Assembly: GCA_964016885.1 (NCBI GenBank)
Contig: OZ024746.1
Location: 100,626,001-100,690,000, forward strand
From: Eledone cirrhosa
Taxonomy: Eukaryota
Length of the DNA stretch: 64,000 nt
Reading direction: 5' to 3'
Of the stretch, positions 11,624-25,763 are shown in pieces. The notes beneath the pieces were generated by a model that saw nothing but the letters and a program-made list of their open reading frames with translations, did no database searches and was not told where the DNA came from. The position numbers and the translations under genes are program-made. Each line of letters starts with the position of its first letter. The first letter of the stretch is position 1.

Positions 11624-12449
11624 CTCGCTGGCAGTATATACTAGTTCATTCAAAATAAATAATTTTACATTTCTCTATTTTATTTTGTTGATGCAAAAGA
11701 GATAATTAGATCTAGTTCATATATCTTTATGAACAAAATTCATTTTTTACAAGTGACAGATTATCTATTCTGTTAATCAAATTTAGTTGAGTATAATTTT
11801 AAATGTTCAGTTTTAAAATCTGTATCCATAGAAAAACTGTTGTATAAATATTAGGTTGCATTTTTATTTTAAAACACTACTCAGAGCCAATGTACATGTA
11901 AAATTTGTGAGTATAGAAAGTCTAAGTCTAATTAATTGGGAAAATCAAAACATATACAATATTAAAAACTTATTAAGAATCATGGGAATGTCAGAGATAA
12001 TTTAATAGACAATTGTTAACAAATTATTATTATGAATAAAGAGAAAAATGTTACGTTCTTATGTAAACCAAATGTATGAATTCTAAAGTTAATAATTATT
12101 TTATAACTATTTCTCATGCAAGGGTGTGTGTATATCATGTAAATACTGTTAGAAACATTATTAGGTAGAAGTGTAGCTAATGCACAGGACAATTAACTTT
12201 ATTAAGTTATTCAAAACATATTAATACAAACTGAATCGAAAATGACAGGTATATCAGATAATTACAGAAAAATAATAATAAATTATTGTTAATTTTAATT
12301 ATTAATATAGTTAATATAAAGATAACAATTTAACTTGGTTATGAGAGTTACATGAGTAGACCTCGAACACCTCCCACCACATCAAAAGAAGGGGTTGTAG
12401 GGGTGTCTAGAATGCTGTGAATCATCATCATCATCATCATCGTTTAACG

Positions 12450-13250
12450 TATCTGTCAATAAGTACAACAGTTACTCTCAGTAGGTGAGGCCTGGCTTCA
12501 GCAGTAGAGGATGGCACCAAATGTTTGAGTTACCAAATCAGAGACTGTCAGCATCTACACTACTGTGAGTAGGGAAAGCTTAATGGCAGAGAAAAAGTTT
12601 GCTTTGCAGGCTAGATATAGCAGATATTGAGTCTGAGGTCCATAGTTGGCTCAAGCACCTTGAGCCAAAGTTCAGATAGAACCACCTTGGTGGGGTGAAG
12701 TGCCATCTGAGGCAATTACTCTGACCACAGCTGAGATATCATGTTCAATGAATTTAGCATTTATGTGGTCACATAATTGCTTTGAGCCAATATCAGAGGC
12801 TTGCAGGTAACATAATCAAATACACTAAAATATTGTACTTAATTAGTACTGCTAGTGAGAGATCACTTTCATTGGCCATAGATATATGGAGACCAGAGCA
12901 AATGGAGTCCAAGGCCCTTTCCATTGAAAAGGTGAGGGCATCGGCTGCTGATACATGTGCTGCTTTTGGGATTTTCTGACGGATTTTACAGATTTGAGCA
13001 ATGTTTGTAAACAAGGCTTGAGCATCAAACAAGTTCATTGTTTTGTTTATGCCCTGTAAGTTACCGTGTGTGATTTGGCTAAGTCAGGCCAATCATATAT
13101 ATTTTCAACTTCTGCCCAAACCGAGACTTTCCTGCTACTTTTAATAAACTAATTCTCTTTGTGCTTTGACCGTGGTAAGGTAAATAACCATTTTGCTTTT
13201 GCTCCACAACCATTAACCAATATGTAACTCAGCAGTGTAACCATGGGCCT
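12450..13250 (-). mobile_element. Degraded non-LTR retrotransposon fragment, CRE-like
   Basis: Minus-strand peptides KIPKAAHVSAADAL, DISAVVRVIASD and SAIK.FP..S..ADSL resemble the pre-RT region of CRE-clade elements as recalled (RIPK..R..AA; GDV.GAVR...SD; AI.SFP.GSAGGPDGL). Many stops; boundaries approximate. Confidence 0.5.
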
Positions 13251-14230
13251 GGCTAACACCTCAGCCAGTGGACCGTACCTTCTGAAACCTTAATTTGTTT
13301 GTTTCATTTGTTTTGGCATGCAAGCTCAATCCAGCTCTTCTCACCTTAACCTTTGTTAATAAATTATGTAAAAACCTGTTACAACAAACTACATATTGTC
13401 ATTGATATTATTATTACATGGCATAATATTTACCACTAGAGGTGACTATCAAATGACTGCTATATTGGTGACCTCTCTTGATACATAAAACTTCAATACA
13501 AACTACAAACACAAATAATAACTATTATCATTATTTTATCTATTGCAACACTAGCATCTATATGATCAGCTGAAATTAAGGCAGCACCCTAACATGGCCA
13601 CAGATTGAAATCTGTAAAAGAATAAGTAAATTTTTACACCCACACGTGTCTTGGGTGTAATTGTAAATATTAACCAAATAATGTTAGGCTACATTTTTTG
13701 TTTTTACTTGATATGAATTGTAAGTATGGAAGGATATCTGTGACACGATCGAATTAGTAAATAAATGCTATATACCATACATATATTAGATAATTTGTTT
13801 TCCCTCTAGTACTTACATTCACACACATACACATAATTTTTGTGACATTTTGTGTGTCCAATTCCTCTTCTCCTCTCTTTCAATGTCTGTTTTTCCATAT
13901 CTTGCTCTCTATGACCAACCTTCATCAACAATGTTCCAGTTCTGACCATCTACCTTCTTTTAAGAAGAAGCTGCATCAATGACTATCCACTGTTTTTTTT
14001 ATCTGTAATCAAGACTATCCAGTAGAATTTCTTATGCCATAAAAGGCCCACCAATTCAGTGTATTAGTTTCTTAGCAACACTGGAGACACTTCTAATATA
14101 TTTATATAAGTAAAAATTATATTAAATTGTTAATTCAGTATTACACCTGTCACATTCTAAAGTGGGTGACCCATTTCAGTCAAACAAAGGCCTTGATTTG
14201 TGGATTTGCAAAAATGTAACAATATATTAG

Positions 14231-14322
14231 TTGACTTTGCCTTTCATCCTTACGGGGTCGATAAAATAAAGTACCAGTAATGCACTGAGTAATTTGCTGG
14301 CCTTGTGCCTAAAGTAGAAACA
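14231..14322 (+). mobile_element. 5'-truncated copy of the SINE with TSD
   Basis: Reverse complement of 2431-2520; flanked by AATATATTAG(TT) at 14221 and 14323. Confidence 0.85.
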
Positions 14323-14447
14323 AATATATTAGTTATTTATGTTTTCAATAATCCAACTTTCCTTTATTGCCCTCTTATTTTATTGTGTCTACTTTCTTTT
14401 ATTTTTTACTTTCAATGTCTATGAAATTGTAAATTTTAAATTTCCAG

Positions 14448-14573
14448 ATATAAATGAATGTAGCAATAGTACAACGAACAACTGTTCACAATTTGCTACA
14501 TGTCATAACTATGATGGTGGACACAACTGTAGCTGTGTTGCAGGATATATTGGAGATGGTTTCAATTGTAGAG
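14448..14573 (+). CDS. EGF_CA-type exon 1 (D)INECSNSTTNNCSQFATCHNYDGGHNCSCVAGYIGDGFNCR
   Basis: tttccag acceptor, AG|gttcgt donor, 126 bp, phase 1-1, six Cys, DINEC start. Confidence 0.9.
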
Positions 14574-15149
14574 GTTCGTATAAGAAATATATTAATGATA
14601 TATGAAACTTTCTGTATAATACAAGAGGACCAATATGTCCTTATTACTCCCACCATTTCCTCCATATCTACTATAGTATCCTCTACATCCTGATAACCCC
14701 TATAGCTAGCCTTGTTTTAATCATACCTTGTCTGTGCTGCAACCATGTAAGAAATGTGATTTCTGGCTCATTCATAACTAAATGCACCTTGTACACTCTG
14801 TAAAGTGGTTGAGATTAGGAGAAGCATCTAGCTTTATAAACCATGCCATAAAGGGTTGTGAGGACTTTTCATCAGCATCAGGGACAGGACAATGTCTGTA
14901 GTGCTGGTGCCACTATAAAATGCTCTCGGTAAGGTTGTTGAGATTAGAAAGAACATTGAGTCATAATAAAAAGAAAATATACCAAACAAAATATTGTGAT
15001 GTCTCTTCTGTTGTGTCAAGAATATGGCCACCTCCCTAGTACTGGGGCCATGATAAAATGTACCCAGTACACTCTAATAGGTTTGTTGTTAGGTAGGGCA
15101 TCCAGCTGTGGAAATAGCAATGATAACCTATGGAAAACACTCCTTCTCT

Positions 15150-15790
15150 CAAGAAAGCCTATGCAGGTTGCTTTCCGTGTATGTGGAGTTACACTGAAGC
15201 AGGGGGTGAAGTTCAAATATCTCAGGGCCATTTTCATGAGTTTTAGATGGGATGAGACAGAATTAAATAGAAAAATTGCAGGAGCTTCCTGCATTAATGT
15301 CTGAGTTGCAACACTCAGCCACTTAAAGAAGGGAATAGTTGCAAGAATCAAACTCACTAACTTCTAGTTTGTGTTATGTCAAAACTTACTTATGGTCATT
15401 AATCTTGATAATATGAGCAGCCAAAATGACATTCCTCGAAAGGGTGTTTGGGGTAATGTTACTTGATAAAGTTAATATCTCAGTGATCAGAGAGCCACAT
15501 CAGATAGAACTGCTACTCTTCCACATCGTGGGATAACAGCTCCTGTAACACAGGCATGTTGGTGAGAATGTCTAAGGAAAGAATAGCTGATTTTATAGGC
15601 AAAGTCAACTGTCAGGGAAGCTAGAGGCAGACTACAAGCAAGATGGTTGGATAACATCTATAAACCAGGTTGGTCTTGTTTATACATCCATATAGATCAA
15701 TTGGAGATGCTTGCTTCTGATAGGACTCTCATGAAGACCTGTCTGAAGACTCTATCTCCATCAGCCTTTCATGAATAAATGTGTGAAGAA
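15150..15790 (+). mobile_element. RTE-clade LINE 3' remnant in the intron (repeated in units 1-12)
   Basis: Decayed peptides VKFKYL, ELNRKIA.AS, LTYGH, AAKMTFLERVFGV.LLDKV...IRE...IE.LL..I match the RTE ORF C-terminus pattern. Confidence 0.7.
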
Positions 15791-15845
15791 GAAGTTACAT
15801 ATATAATATTCATACAAGATTGAGATCATACTTTTAAATTTCCAG

Positions 15846-15971
15846 ATATAAATGAATGTAGCAATAGTACAACGAACAACTGTTCACAATTTGCTACATG
15901 TCATAACTATGATGGTGGACACAACTGTAGCTGTGTTGCAGGATATATTGGAGATGGTTTCAATTGTAGAG
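15846..15971 (+). CDS. EGF exon copy 2
   Basis: Identical to copy 1, splice sites intact. Confidence 0.88.
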
Positions 15972-17244
15972 GTTCGTATAAGAAATATATTAATGATATA
16001 TGAAACTTTCTGTATAATACAAGAGGACCAATATGTCCTTATTACTCCCACCATTTCCTCCATATCTACTATAGTATCCTCTACATTTTGATAACCCCTA
16101 TAGCTAGCCTTGTTTTAATCATATCTTGTCTGTGCTGCACCCATGTAAGAAATGTGATTTCTGGCTCATTCATAACTAAATGCACCTTGTACACTCTGTA
16201 AAGTGGTTGTGATTAGGAGAAGCATCTAGCTTTATAAACCATGCCATAAAGGGTTGTGAGGACTTTTCATCAGCATCAGGGACAGGACAATGTCTGTAGT
16301 GCTGGTGCCACTATAAAATGCTCTCGGTAAGGTTGTTGAGATTAGAAAGAACATTGAGTCATAATAAAAAGAAAATATACCAAACAAAATATTGTGATGT
16401 CTCTTCTGTTGTGTCAAGAATATGGCCACCTCCCTAGTACTGGGGCCATGATAAAATGTACCCAGTACACTCTAATATGTTTGTTGTTAGGTAGGGCATC
16501 CAGCTGTGGAAATAGCAATGATAACCTATGGAAAACACTCCTTCTCTCAAGAAAGCCTATGTAGGTTGCTTTCCATGTATGTGGAGTTACACTGAAGCAG
16601 GGGGGTGAAGTTCAAATATCTCAGGGCCATTTTCATGAGTTTTAGATGGGATGAGACAGAATTAAATAGAAAAATTGCAGGAGCTTCCTGCATTAATGTC
16701 TGAGTTGCAACACTCAGCCACTTAAAGAAGGGAATAGTTGCAAGAATCAAACTCAATATCTTTTAGTTTGTGTTATGTCAAAACTTACCTATGGTCATTA
16801 ATCTTGATAATATGAGCAGCCAAAATGACATTCCTCGAAAGGGTCTTTGGGGTAATGTTACTTGATAAAGTTAATATCTCAGTGATCAGAGAGCCACATC
16901 AGATAGAACTGCTACTCTTCCACATCGAGGGATAACAGCTCCTGTAACACAGGCATGTTGGTGAGAATGTCTAAGGAAAGAATAGCAGATTTTATAGGCA
17001 AAGTCAACTGTCAGGGAAGCTAGAGGCAGACTACAAGCAAGATGGTTGGATAACATCTATAAACCAGGTTGGTCTTGTTTATACATCCATATAGATCAAT
17101 TGGAGATGCTTGCTTCTGATAGGACTCTCATGAAGACCTGTCTGAAGACTCTATCTCCATCAGCCTTTCATGAATAAATGTGTGAAGAAGAAGTTACATA
17201 TATAATATTCATACAAGATTGAGATCATACTTTTAAATTTCCAG

Positions 17245-17370
17245 ATATAAATGAATGTAGCAATAGTACAACGAACAACTGTTCACAATTTGCTACATGT
17301 CATAACTATGATGGTGGACACAACTGTAGCTGTGTTGCAGGATATATTGGAGATGGTTTCAATTGTAGAG
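17245..17370 (+). CDS. EGF exon copy 3
   Basis: Identical to copy 1. Confidence 0.88.
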
Positions 17371-18643
17371 GTTCGTATAAGAAATATATTAATGATATAT
17401 GAAACTTTCTGTATAATACAAGAGGACCAATATGTCCTTATTACTCCCACCATTTCCTCCATATCTACTATAGTATCCTCTACATTTTGATAACCCCTAT
17501 AGCTAGCCTTGTTTTAATCATATCTTGTCTGTGCTGCACCCATGTAAGAAATGTGATTTCTGGCTCATTCATAACTAAATGCACCTTGTACACTCTGTAA
17601 AGTGGTTGTGATTAGGAGAAGCATCTAGCTTTATAAACCATGCCATAAAGGGTTGTGAGGACTTTTCATCAGCATCAGGGACAGGACAATGTCTGTAGTG
17701 CTGGTGCCACTATAAAATGCTCTCGGTAAGGTTGTTGAGATTAGAAAGAACATTGAGTCATAATAAAAAGAAAATATACCAAACAAAATATTGTGATGTC
17801 TCTTCTGTTGTGTCAAGAATATGGCCACCTCCCTAGTACTGGGGCCATGATAAAATGTACCCAGTACACTCTAATATGTTTGTTGTTAGGTAGGGCATCC
17901 AGCTGTGGAAATAGCAATGATAACCTATGGAAAACACTCCTTCTCTCAAGAAAGCCTATGTAGGTTGCTTTCCATGTATGTGGAGTTACACTGAAGCAGG
18001 GGGGTGAAGTTCAAATATCTCAGGGCCATTTTCATGAGTTTTAGATGGGATGAGACAGAATTAAATAGAAAAATTGCAGGAGCTTCCTGCATTAATGTCT
18101 GAGTTGCAACACTCAGCCACTTAAAGAAGGGAATAGTTGCAAGAATCAAACTCAATATCTTTTAGTTTGTGTTATGTCAAAACTTACCTATGGTCATTAA
18201 TCTTGATAATATGAGCAGCCAAAATGACATTCCTCGAAAGGGTCTTTGGGGTAATGTTACTTGATAAAGTTAATATCTCAGTGATCAGAGAGCCACATCA
18301 GATAGAACTGCTACTCTTCCACATCGAGGGATAACAGCTCCTGTAACACAGGCATGTTGGTGAGAATGTCTAAGGAAAGAATAGCAGATTTTATAGGCAA
18401 AGTCAACTGTCAGGGAAGCTAGAGGCAGACTACAAGCAAGATGGTTGGATAACATCTATAAACCAGGTTGGTCTTGTTTATACATCCATATAGATCAATT
18501 GGAGATGCTTGCTTCTGATAGGACTCTCATGAAGACCTGTCTGAAGACTCTATCTCCATCAGCCTTTCATGAATAAATGTGTGAAGAAGAAGTTACATAT
18601 ATAATATTCATACAAGATTGAGATCATACTTTTAAATTTCCAG

Positions 18644-18769
18644 ATATAAATGAATGTAGCAATAGTACAACGAACAACTGTTCACAATTTGCTACATGTC
18701 ATAACTATGATGGTGGACACAACTGTAGCTGTGTTGCAGGATATATTGGAGATGGTTTCAATTGTAGAG
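18644..18769 (+). CDS. EGF exon copy 4
   Basis: Identical to copy 1. Confidence 0.88.
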
Positions 18770-20042
18770 GTTCGTATAAGAAATATATTAATGATATATG
18801 AAACTTTCTGTATAATACAAGAGGACCAATATGTCCTTATTACTCCCACCATTTCCTCCATATCTACTATAGTATCCTCTACATTTTGATAACCCCTATA
18901 GCTAGCCTTGTTTTAATCATATCTTGTCTGTGCTGCACCCATGTAAGAAATGTGATTTCTGGCTCATTCATAACTAAATGCACCTTGTACACTCTGTAAA
19001 GTGGTTGTGATTAGGAGAAGCATCTAGCTTTATAAACCATGCCATAAAGGGTTGTGAGGACTTTTCATCAGCATCAGGGACAGGACAATGTCTGTAGTGC
19101 TGGTGCCACTATAAAATGCTCTCGGTAAGGTTGTTGAGATTAGAAAGAACATTGAGTCATAATAAAAAGAAAATATACCAAACAAAATATTGTGATGTCT
19201 CTTCTGTTGTGTCAAGAATATGGCCACCTCCCTAGTACTGGGGCCATGATAAAATGTACCCAGTACACTCTAATATGTTTGTTGTTAGGTAGGGCATCCA
19301 GCTGTGGAAATAGCAATGATAACCTATGGAAAACACTCCTTCTCTCAAGAAAGCCTATGCAGGTTGCTTTCCATGTATGTGTAGTTACACTGAAGCAGGG
19401 GGTGAAGTTCAAATATCTCAGGGCCATTTTCATGAGTTTTAGATGGGATGAGACAGAATTAAATAGAAAAATTGCAGAAGCTTCCTGCATTAATGTCTGA
19501 GTTGCAACACTCAGCCACTTAAAGAAGGGAATAGTTGCAAGAATCAAACTCAATATCTTTTAGTTTGTGTTATGTCAAAACTTACCTATGGTCATTAATC
19601 TTGATAATATGAGCAGCCAAAATGACATTCCTCGAAAGGGTCTTTGGGGTAATGTTACTTGATAAAGTTAATATCTCAGTGATCAGAGAGCCACATCAGA
19701 TAGAACTGCTACTCTTCCACATCGTTGGGATAACAGCTCCTGTAACACAGGCATGTTGGTGAGAATGTCTAAGGAAAGAATAGCTGATTTTATAGGCAAA
19801 GTCAACTGTCAGGGAAGCTAGAGGTAGACTACAAGCAAGATGGTTGGATAACATCTATAAACCAGGTTGGTCTTGTTTATACATCCAGATAGATCAATTG
19901 GAGATGCTTGCTTCTGATAGGACTCTCATGAAGACCTGTCTGAAGACTCTATCTCCATCAGCCTTTCATGAATAAATGTGTGAAGAAGAAGTTACATATA
20001 TAATATTCATACAAGATTGAGATCATACTTTTAAATTTCCAG

Positions 20043-20168
20043 ATATAAATGAATGTAGCAATAGTACAACGAACAACTGTTCACAATTTGCTACATGTCA
20101 TAACTATGATGGTGGACACAACTGTAGCTGTGTTGCAGGATATATTGGAGATGGTTTCAATTGTAGAG
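20043..20168 (+). CDS. EGF exon copy 5
   Basis: Identical to copy 1. Confidence 0.88.
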
Positions 20169-21440
20169 GTTCGTATAAGAAATATATTAATGATATATGA
20201 AACTTTCTGTATAATACAAGAGGACCAATATGTCCTTATTACTCCCACCATTTCCTCCATATCTACTATAGTATCCTCTACATCCTGATAACCCCTATAG
20301 CTAGCCTTGTTTTAATCATACCTTGTCTGTGCTGCAACCATGTAAGAAATGTGATTTCTGGCTCATTCATAACTAAATGCACCTTGTACACTCTGTAAAG
20401 TGGTTGAGATTAGGAGAAGCATCTAGCTTTATAAACCATGCCATAAAGGGTTGTGAGGACTTTTCATCAGCATCAGGGACAGGACAATGTCTGTAGTGCT
20501 GGTGCCACTATAAAATGCTCTCGGTAAGGTTGTTGAGATTAGAAAGAACATTGAGTCATAATAAAAAGAAAATATACCAAACAAAATATTGTGATGTCTC
20601 TTCTGTTGTGTCAAGAATATGGCCACCTCCCTAGTACTGGGGCCATGATAAAATGTACCCAGTACACTCTAATATGTTTGTTGTTAGGTAGGGCATCCAG
20701 CTGTGGAAATAGCAATGATAACCTATGGAAAACACTCCTTCTCTCAAGAAAGCCTATGTAGGTTGCTTTCCATGTATTTGGAGTTACACTGAAGCAGGGG
20801 GTGAAGTTCAAATATCTCAGGGCCATTTTCATGAGTTTTTGATGGGATGCGACAGAATTAAATAGAAAAATTGCACGAGCTTCCTGCAGTAATGTCTGAG
20901 TTGCAACACTCAGCCACTTAAAGAAGGGAATAGTTGCAAGAATCAAACTCACTAACTTCTAGTTTGTGTTATGTCAAAACTTACTTATGGTCATTAATCT
21001 TGATAATATGAGCAGCCAAAATGACATTCCTCGAAAGGGTCTTTGGGGTAATGTTACTTGATAAAGTTAATATCTCAGTGATCAGAGAGCCACATCAGAT
21101 AGAACTGCTACTCTTCCACATCGAGGGATAACAGCTCCTGTAACACAGGCATGTTGGTGAGAATGTCTAAGGAAAGAATAGCAGATTTTATAGGCAAAGT
21201 CAACTGTCAGGGAAGCTAGAGGCAGACTACAAGCAAGATGGTTGGATAACATCTATAAACCAGGTTGGTCTTGTTTATACATCCAGATAGATCAATTGAA
21301 GATGCTTGCTTCTGATAGGACTCTCATGAAGACCTGTCTGAAGACTCTATCTCCATCAGCCTTTCATGAATAAATGTGTGAAGAAGAAGTTACATATATA
21401 ATATTCATACAAGATTGAGATCATACTTTTAAATTTCCAG

Positions 21441-21566
21441 ATATAAATGAATGTAGCAATAGTACAACGAACAACTGTTCACAATTTGCTACATGTCATA
21501 ACTATGATGGTGGACACAACTGTAGCTGTGTTGCAGGATATATTGGAGATGGTTTCAATTGTAGAG
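21441..21566 (+). CDS. EGF exon copy 6
   Basis: Identical to copy 1. Confidence 0.88.
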
Positions 21567-22839
21567 GTTCGTATAAGAAATATATTAATGATATATGAAA
21601 CTTTCTGTATAATACAAGAGGACCAATATGTCCTTATTACTCCCACCATTTCCTCCATATCTACTATAGTATCCTCTACATTTTGATAACCCCTATAGCT
21701 AGCCTTGTTTTAATCATATCTTGTCTGTGCTGCACCCATGTAAGAAATGTGATTTCTGGCTCATTCATAACTAAATGCACCTTGTACACTCTGTAAAGTG
21801 GTTGTGATTAGGAGAAGCATCTAGCTTTATAAACCATGCCATAAAGGGTTGTGAGGACTTTTCATCAGCATCAGGGACAGGACAATGTCTGTAGTGCTGG
21901 TGCCACTATAAAATGCTCTCGGTAAGGTTGTTGAGATTAGAAAGAACATTGAGTCATAATAAAAAGAAAATATACCAAACAAAATATTGTGATGTCTCTT
22001 CTGTTGTGTCAAGAATATGGCCACCTCCCTAGTACTGGGGCCATGATAAAATGTACCCAGTACACTCTAATATGTTTGTTGTTAGGTAGGGCATCCAGCT
22101 GTGGAAATAGCAATGATAACCTATGGAAAACACTCCTTCTCTCAAGAAAGCCTATGTAGGTTGCTTTCCATGTATGTGGAGTTACACTGAAGCAGGGGGG
22201 TGAAGTTCAAATATCTCAGGGCCATTTTCATGAGTTTTAGATGGGATGAGACAGAATTAAATAGAAAAATTGCAGGAGCTTCCTGCATTAATGTCTGAGT
22301 TGCAACACTCAGCCACTTAAAGAAGGGAATAGTTGCAAGAATCAAACTCAATATCTTTTAGTTTGTGTTATGTCAAAACTTACCTATGGTCATTAATCTT
22401 GATAATATGAGCAGCCAAAATGACATTCCTCGAAAGGGTCTTTGGGGTAATGTTACTTGATAAAGTTAATATCTCAGTGATCAGAGAGCCACATCAGATA
22501 GAACTGCTACTCTTCCACATCGAGGGATAACAGCTCCTGTAACACAGGCATGTTGGTGAGAATGTCTAAGGAAAGAATAGCTGATTTTATAGGCAAAGTC
22601 AACTGTCAGGGAAGTTAGAGGTAGACTACAAGCAAGATGGTTGGATAACATCTATAAACCAGGTTGGTCTTGTTTATACATCCAGATAGATCAATTGGAG
22701 ATGCTTGCTTCTGATAGGACTCTCATGAAGACCTGTCTGAAGACTCTATCTCCATCAGCCTTTCATGAATAAATGTGTGAAGAAGAAGTTACATATATAA
22801 TATTCATACAAGATTGAGATCATACTTTTAAATTTCCAG

Positions 22840-22965
22840 ATATAAATGAATGTAGCAATAGTACAACGAACAACTGTTCACAATTTGCTACATGTCATAA
22901 CTATGATGGTGGACACAACTGTAGCTGTGTTGCAGGATATATTGGAGATGGTTTCAATTGTAGAG
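22840..22965 (+). CDS. EGF exon copy 7
   Basis: Identical to copy 1. Confidence 0.88.
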
Positions 22966-24238
22966 GTTCGTATAAGAAATATATTAATGATATATGAAAC
23001 TTTCTGTATAATACAAGAGGACCAATATGTCCTTATTACTCCCACCATTTCCTCCATATCTACTATAGTATCCTCTACATTTTGATAACCCCTATAGCTA
23101 GCCTTGTTTTAATCATATCTTGTCTGTGCTGCACCCATGTAAGAAATGTGATTTCTGGCTCATTCATAACTAAATGCACCTTGTACACTCTGTAAAGTGG
23201 TTGTGATTAGGAGAAGCATCTAGCTTTATAAACCATGCCATAAAGGGTTGTGAGGACTTTTCATCAGCATCAGGGACAGGACAATGTCTGTAGTGCTGGT
23301 GCCACTATAAAATGCTCTCGGTAAGGTTGTTGAGATTAGAAAGAACATTGAGTCATAATAAAAAGAAAATATACCAAACAAAATATTGTGATGTCTCTTC
23401 TGTTGTGTCAAGAATATGGCCACCTCCCTAGTACTGGGGCCATGATAAAATGTACCCAGTACACTCTAATATGTTTGTTGTTAGGTAGGGCATCCAGCTG
23501 TGGAAATAGCAATGATAACCTATGGAAAACACTCCTTCTCTCAAGAAAGCCTATGTAGGTTGCTTTCCATGTATGTGGAGTTACACTGAAGCAGGGGGGT
23601 GAAGTTCAAATATCTCAGGGCCATTTTCATGAGTTTTAGATGGGATGAGACAGAATTAAATAGAAAAATTGCAGGAGCTTCCTGCATTAATGTCTGAGTT
23701 GCAACACTCAGCCACTTAAAGAAGGGAATAGTTGCAAGAATCAAACTCAATATCTTTTAGTTTGTGTTATGTCAAAACTTACCTATGGTCATTAATCTTG
23801 ATAATATGAGCAGCCAAAATGACATTCCTCGAAAGGGTCTTTGGGGTAATGTTACTTGATAAAGTTAATATCTCAGTGATCAGAGAGCCACATCAGATAG
23901 AACTGCTACTCTTCCACATCGAGGGATAACAGCTCCTGTAACACAGGCATGTTGGTGAGAATGTCTAAGGAAAGAATAGCAGATTTTATAGGCAAAGTCA
24001 ACTGTCAGGGAAGCTAGAGGCAGACTACAAGCAAGATGGTTGGATAACATCTATAAACCAGGTTGGTCTTGTTTATACATCCAGATAGATCAATTGGAGA
24101 TGCTTGCTTCTGATAGGACTCTCATGAAGACCTGTCTGAAGACTCTATCTCCATCAGCCTTTCATGAATAAATGTGTGAAGAAGAAGTTACATATATAAT
24201 ATTCATACAAGATTGAGATCATACTTTTAAATTTCCAG

Positions 24239-24364
24239 ATATAAATGAATGTAGCAATAGTACAACGAACAACTGTTCACAATTTGCTACATGTCATAAC
24301 TATGATGGTGGACACAACTGTAGCTGTGTTGCAGGATATATTGGAGATGGTTTTAATTGTAGAG
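24239..24364 (+). CDS. EGF exon copy 8
   Basis: One synonymous change (TTC>TTT, Phe). Confidence 0.88.
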
Positions 24365-25637
24365 GTTCGTATAAGAAATATATTAATGATATATGAAACT
24401 TTCTGTATAATACAACAGGACCAATATGTCCTTATTACTCCCACCATTTCCTCCATATCTACTATAGTATCCTCTACATTTTGATAACCCCTATAGCTAG
24501 CCTTGTTTTAATCATATCTTGTCTGTGCTGCACCCATGTAAGAAATGTGATTTCTGGCTCATTCATAACTAAATGCACCTTGTACACTCTGTAAAGTGGT
24601 TGTGATTAGGAGAAGCATCTAGCTTTATAAACCTTGCCATAAAGGGTTGTGAGGACTTTTCATCAGCATCAGGGACAGGACAATGTCTGTAGTGCTGGTG
24701 CCACTATAAAATGCTCTCGGTAAGGTTGTTGAGATTAGAAAGAACATTGAGTCATAATAAAAAGAAAATATACCAAACAAAATATTGTGATGTCTCTTCT
24801 GTTGTGTCAAGAATATGGCCACCTCCCTAGTACTGGGGCCATGATAAAATGTACCCAGTACACTCTAATATGTTTGTTGTTAGGTAGGGCATCCAGCTGT
24901 GGAAATAGCAATGATAACCTATGGAAAACACTCCTTCTCTCAAGAAAGCCTATGTAGGTTGCTTTCCATGTATGTGTAGTTACACTGAAGCAGGGGGTGA
25001 AGTTCAAATATCTCAGGGCCATTTTCATGAGTTTTAGATGGGATGAGACAGAATTAAATAGAAAAATTGCAGAAGCTTCCTGCATTAATGTCTGAGTTGC
25101 AACACTCAGCCACTTAAAGAAGGGAATAGTTGCAAGAATCAAACTCAATATCTTTTAGTTTGTGTTATGTCAAAACTTACCTATGGTCATTAATCTTGAT
25201 AATATGAGCAGCCAAAATGACATTCCTCGAAAGGGTCTTTGGGGTAATGTTACTTGATAAAGTTAATATCTCAGTGATCAGAGAGCCACATCAGATAGAA
25301 CTGCTACTCTTCCACATCGTTGGGATAACAGCTCCTGTAACACAGGCATGTTGGTGAGAATGTCTAAGGAAAGAATAGCTGATTTTATAGGCAAAGTCAA
25401 CTGTCAGGGAAGCTAGAGGTAGACTACAAGCAAGATGGTTGGATAACATCTATAAACCAGGTTGGTCTTGTTTATACATCCAGATAGATCAATTGGAGAT
25501 GCTTGCTTCTGATAGGACTCTCATGAAGACCTGTCTGAAGACTCTATCTCCATCAGCCTTTCATGAATAAATGTGTGAAGAAGAAGTTACATATATAATA
25601 TTCATACAAGATTGAGATCATACTTTTAAATTTCCAG

Positions 25638-25763
25638 ATATAAATGAATGTAGCAATAGTACAACGAACAACTGTTCACAATTTGCTACATGTCATAACT
25701 ATGATGGTGGACACAACTGTAGCTGTGTTGCAGGATATATTGGAGATGGTTTCAATTGTAGAG
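25638..25763 (+). CDS. EGF exon copy 9
   Basis: Identical to copy 1. Confidence 0.88.

Noticed and set aside
12725-12740. ~16-bp match ACCACAGCTGAGATAT to the satellite monomer
   Set aside because: Single short match inside the CRE-like coding remnant with no flanking similarity; insufficient to claim an origin for the satellite.
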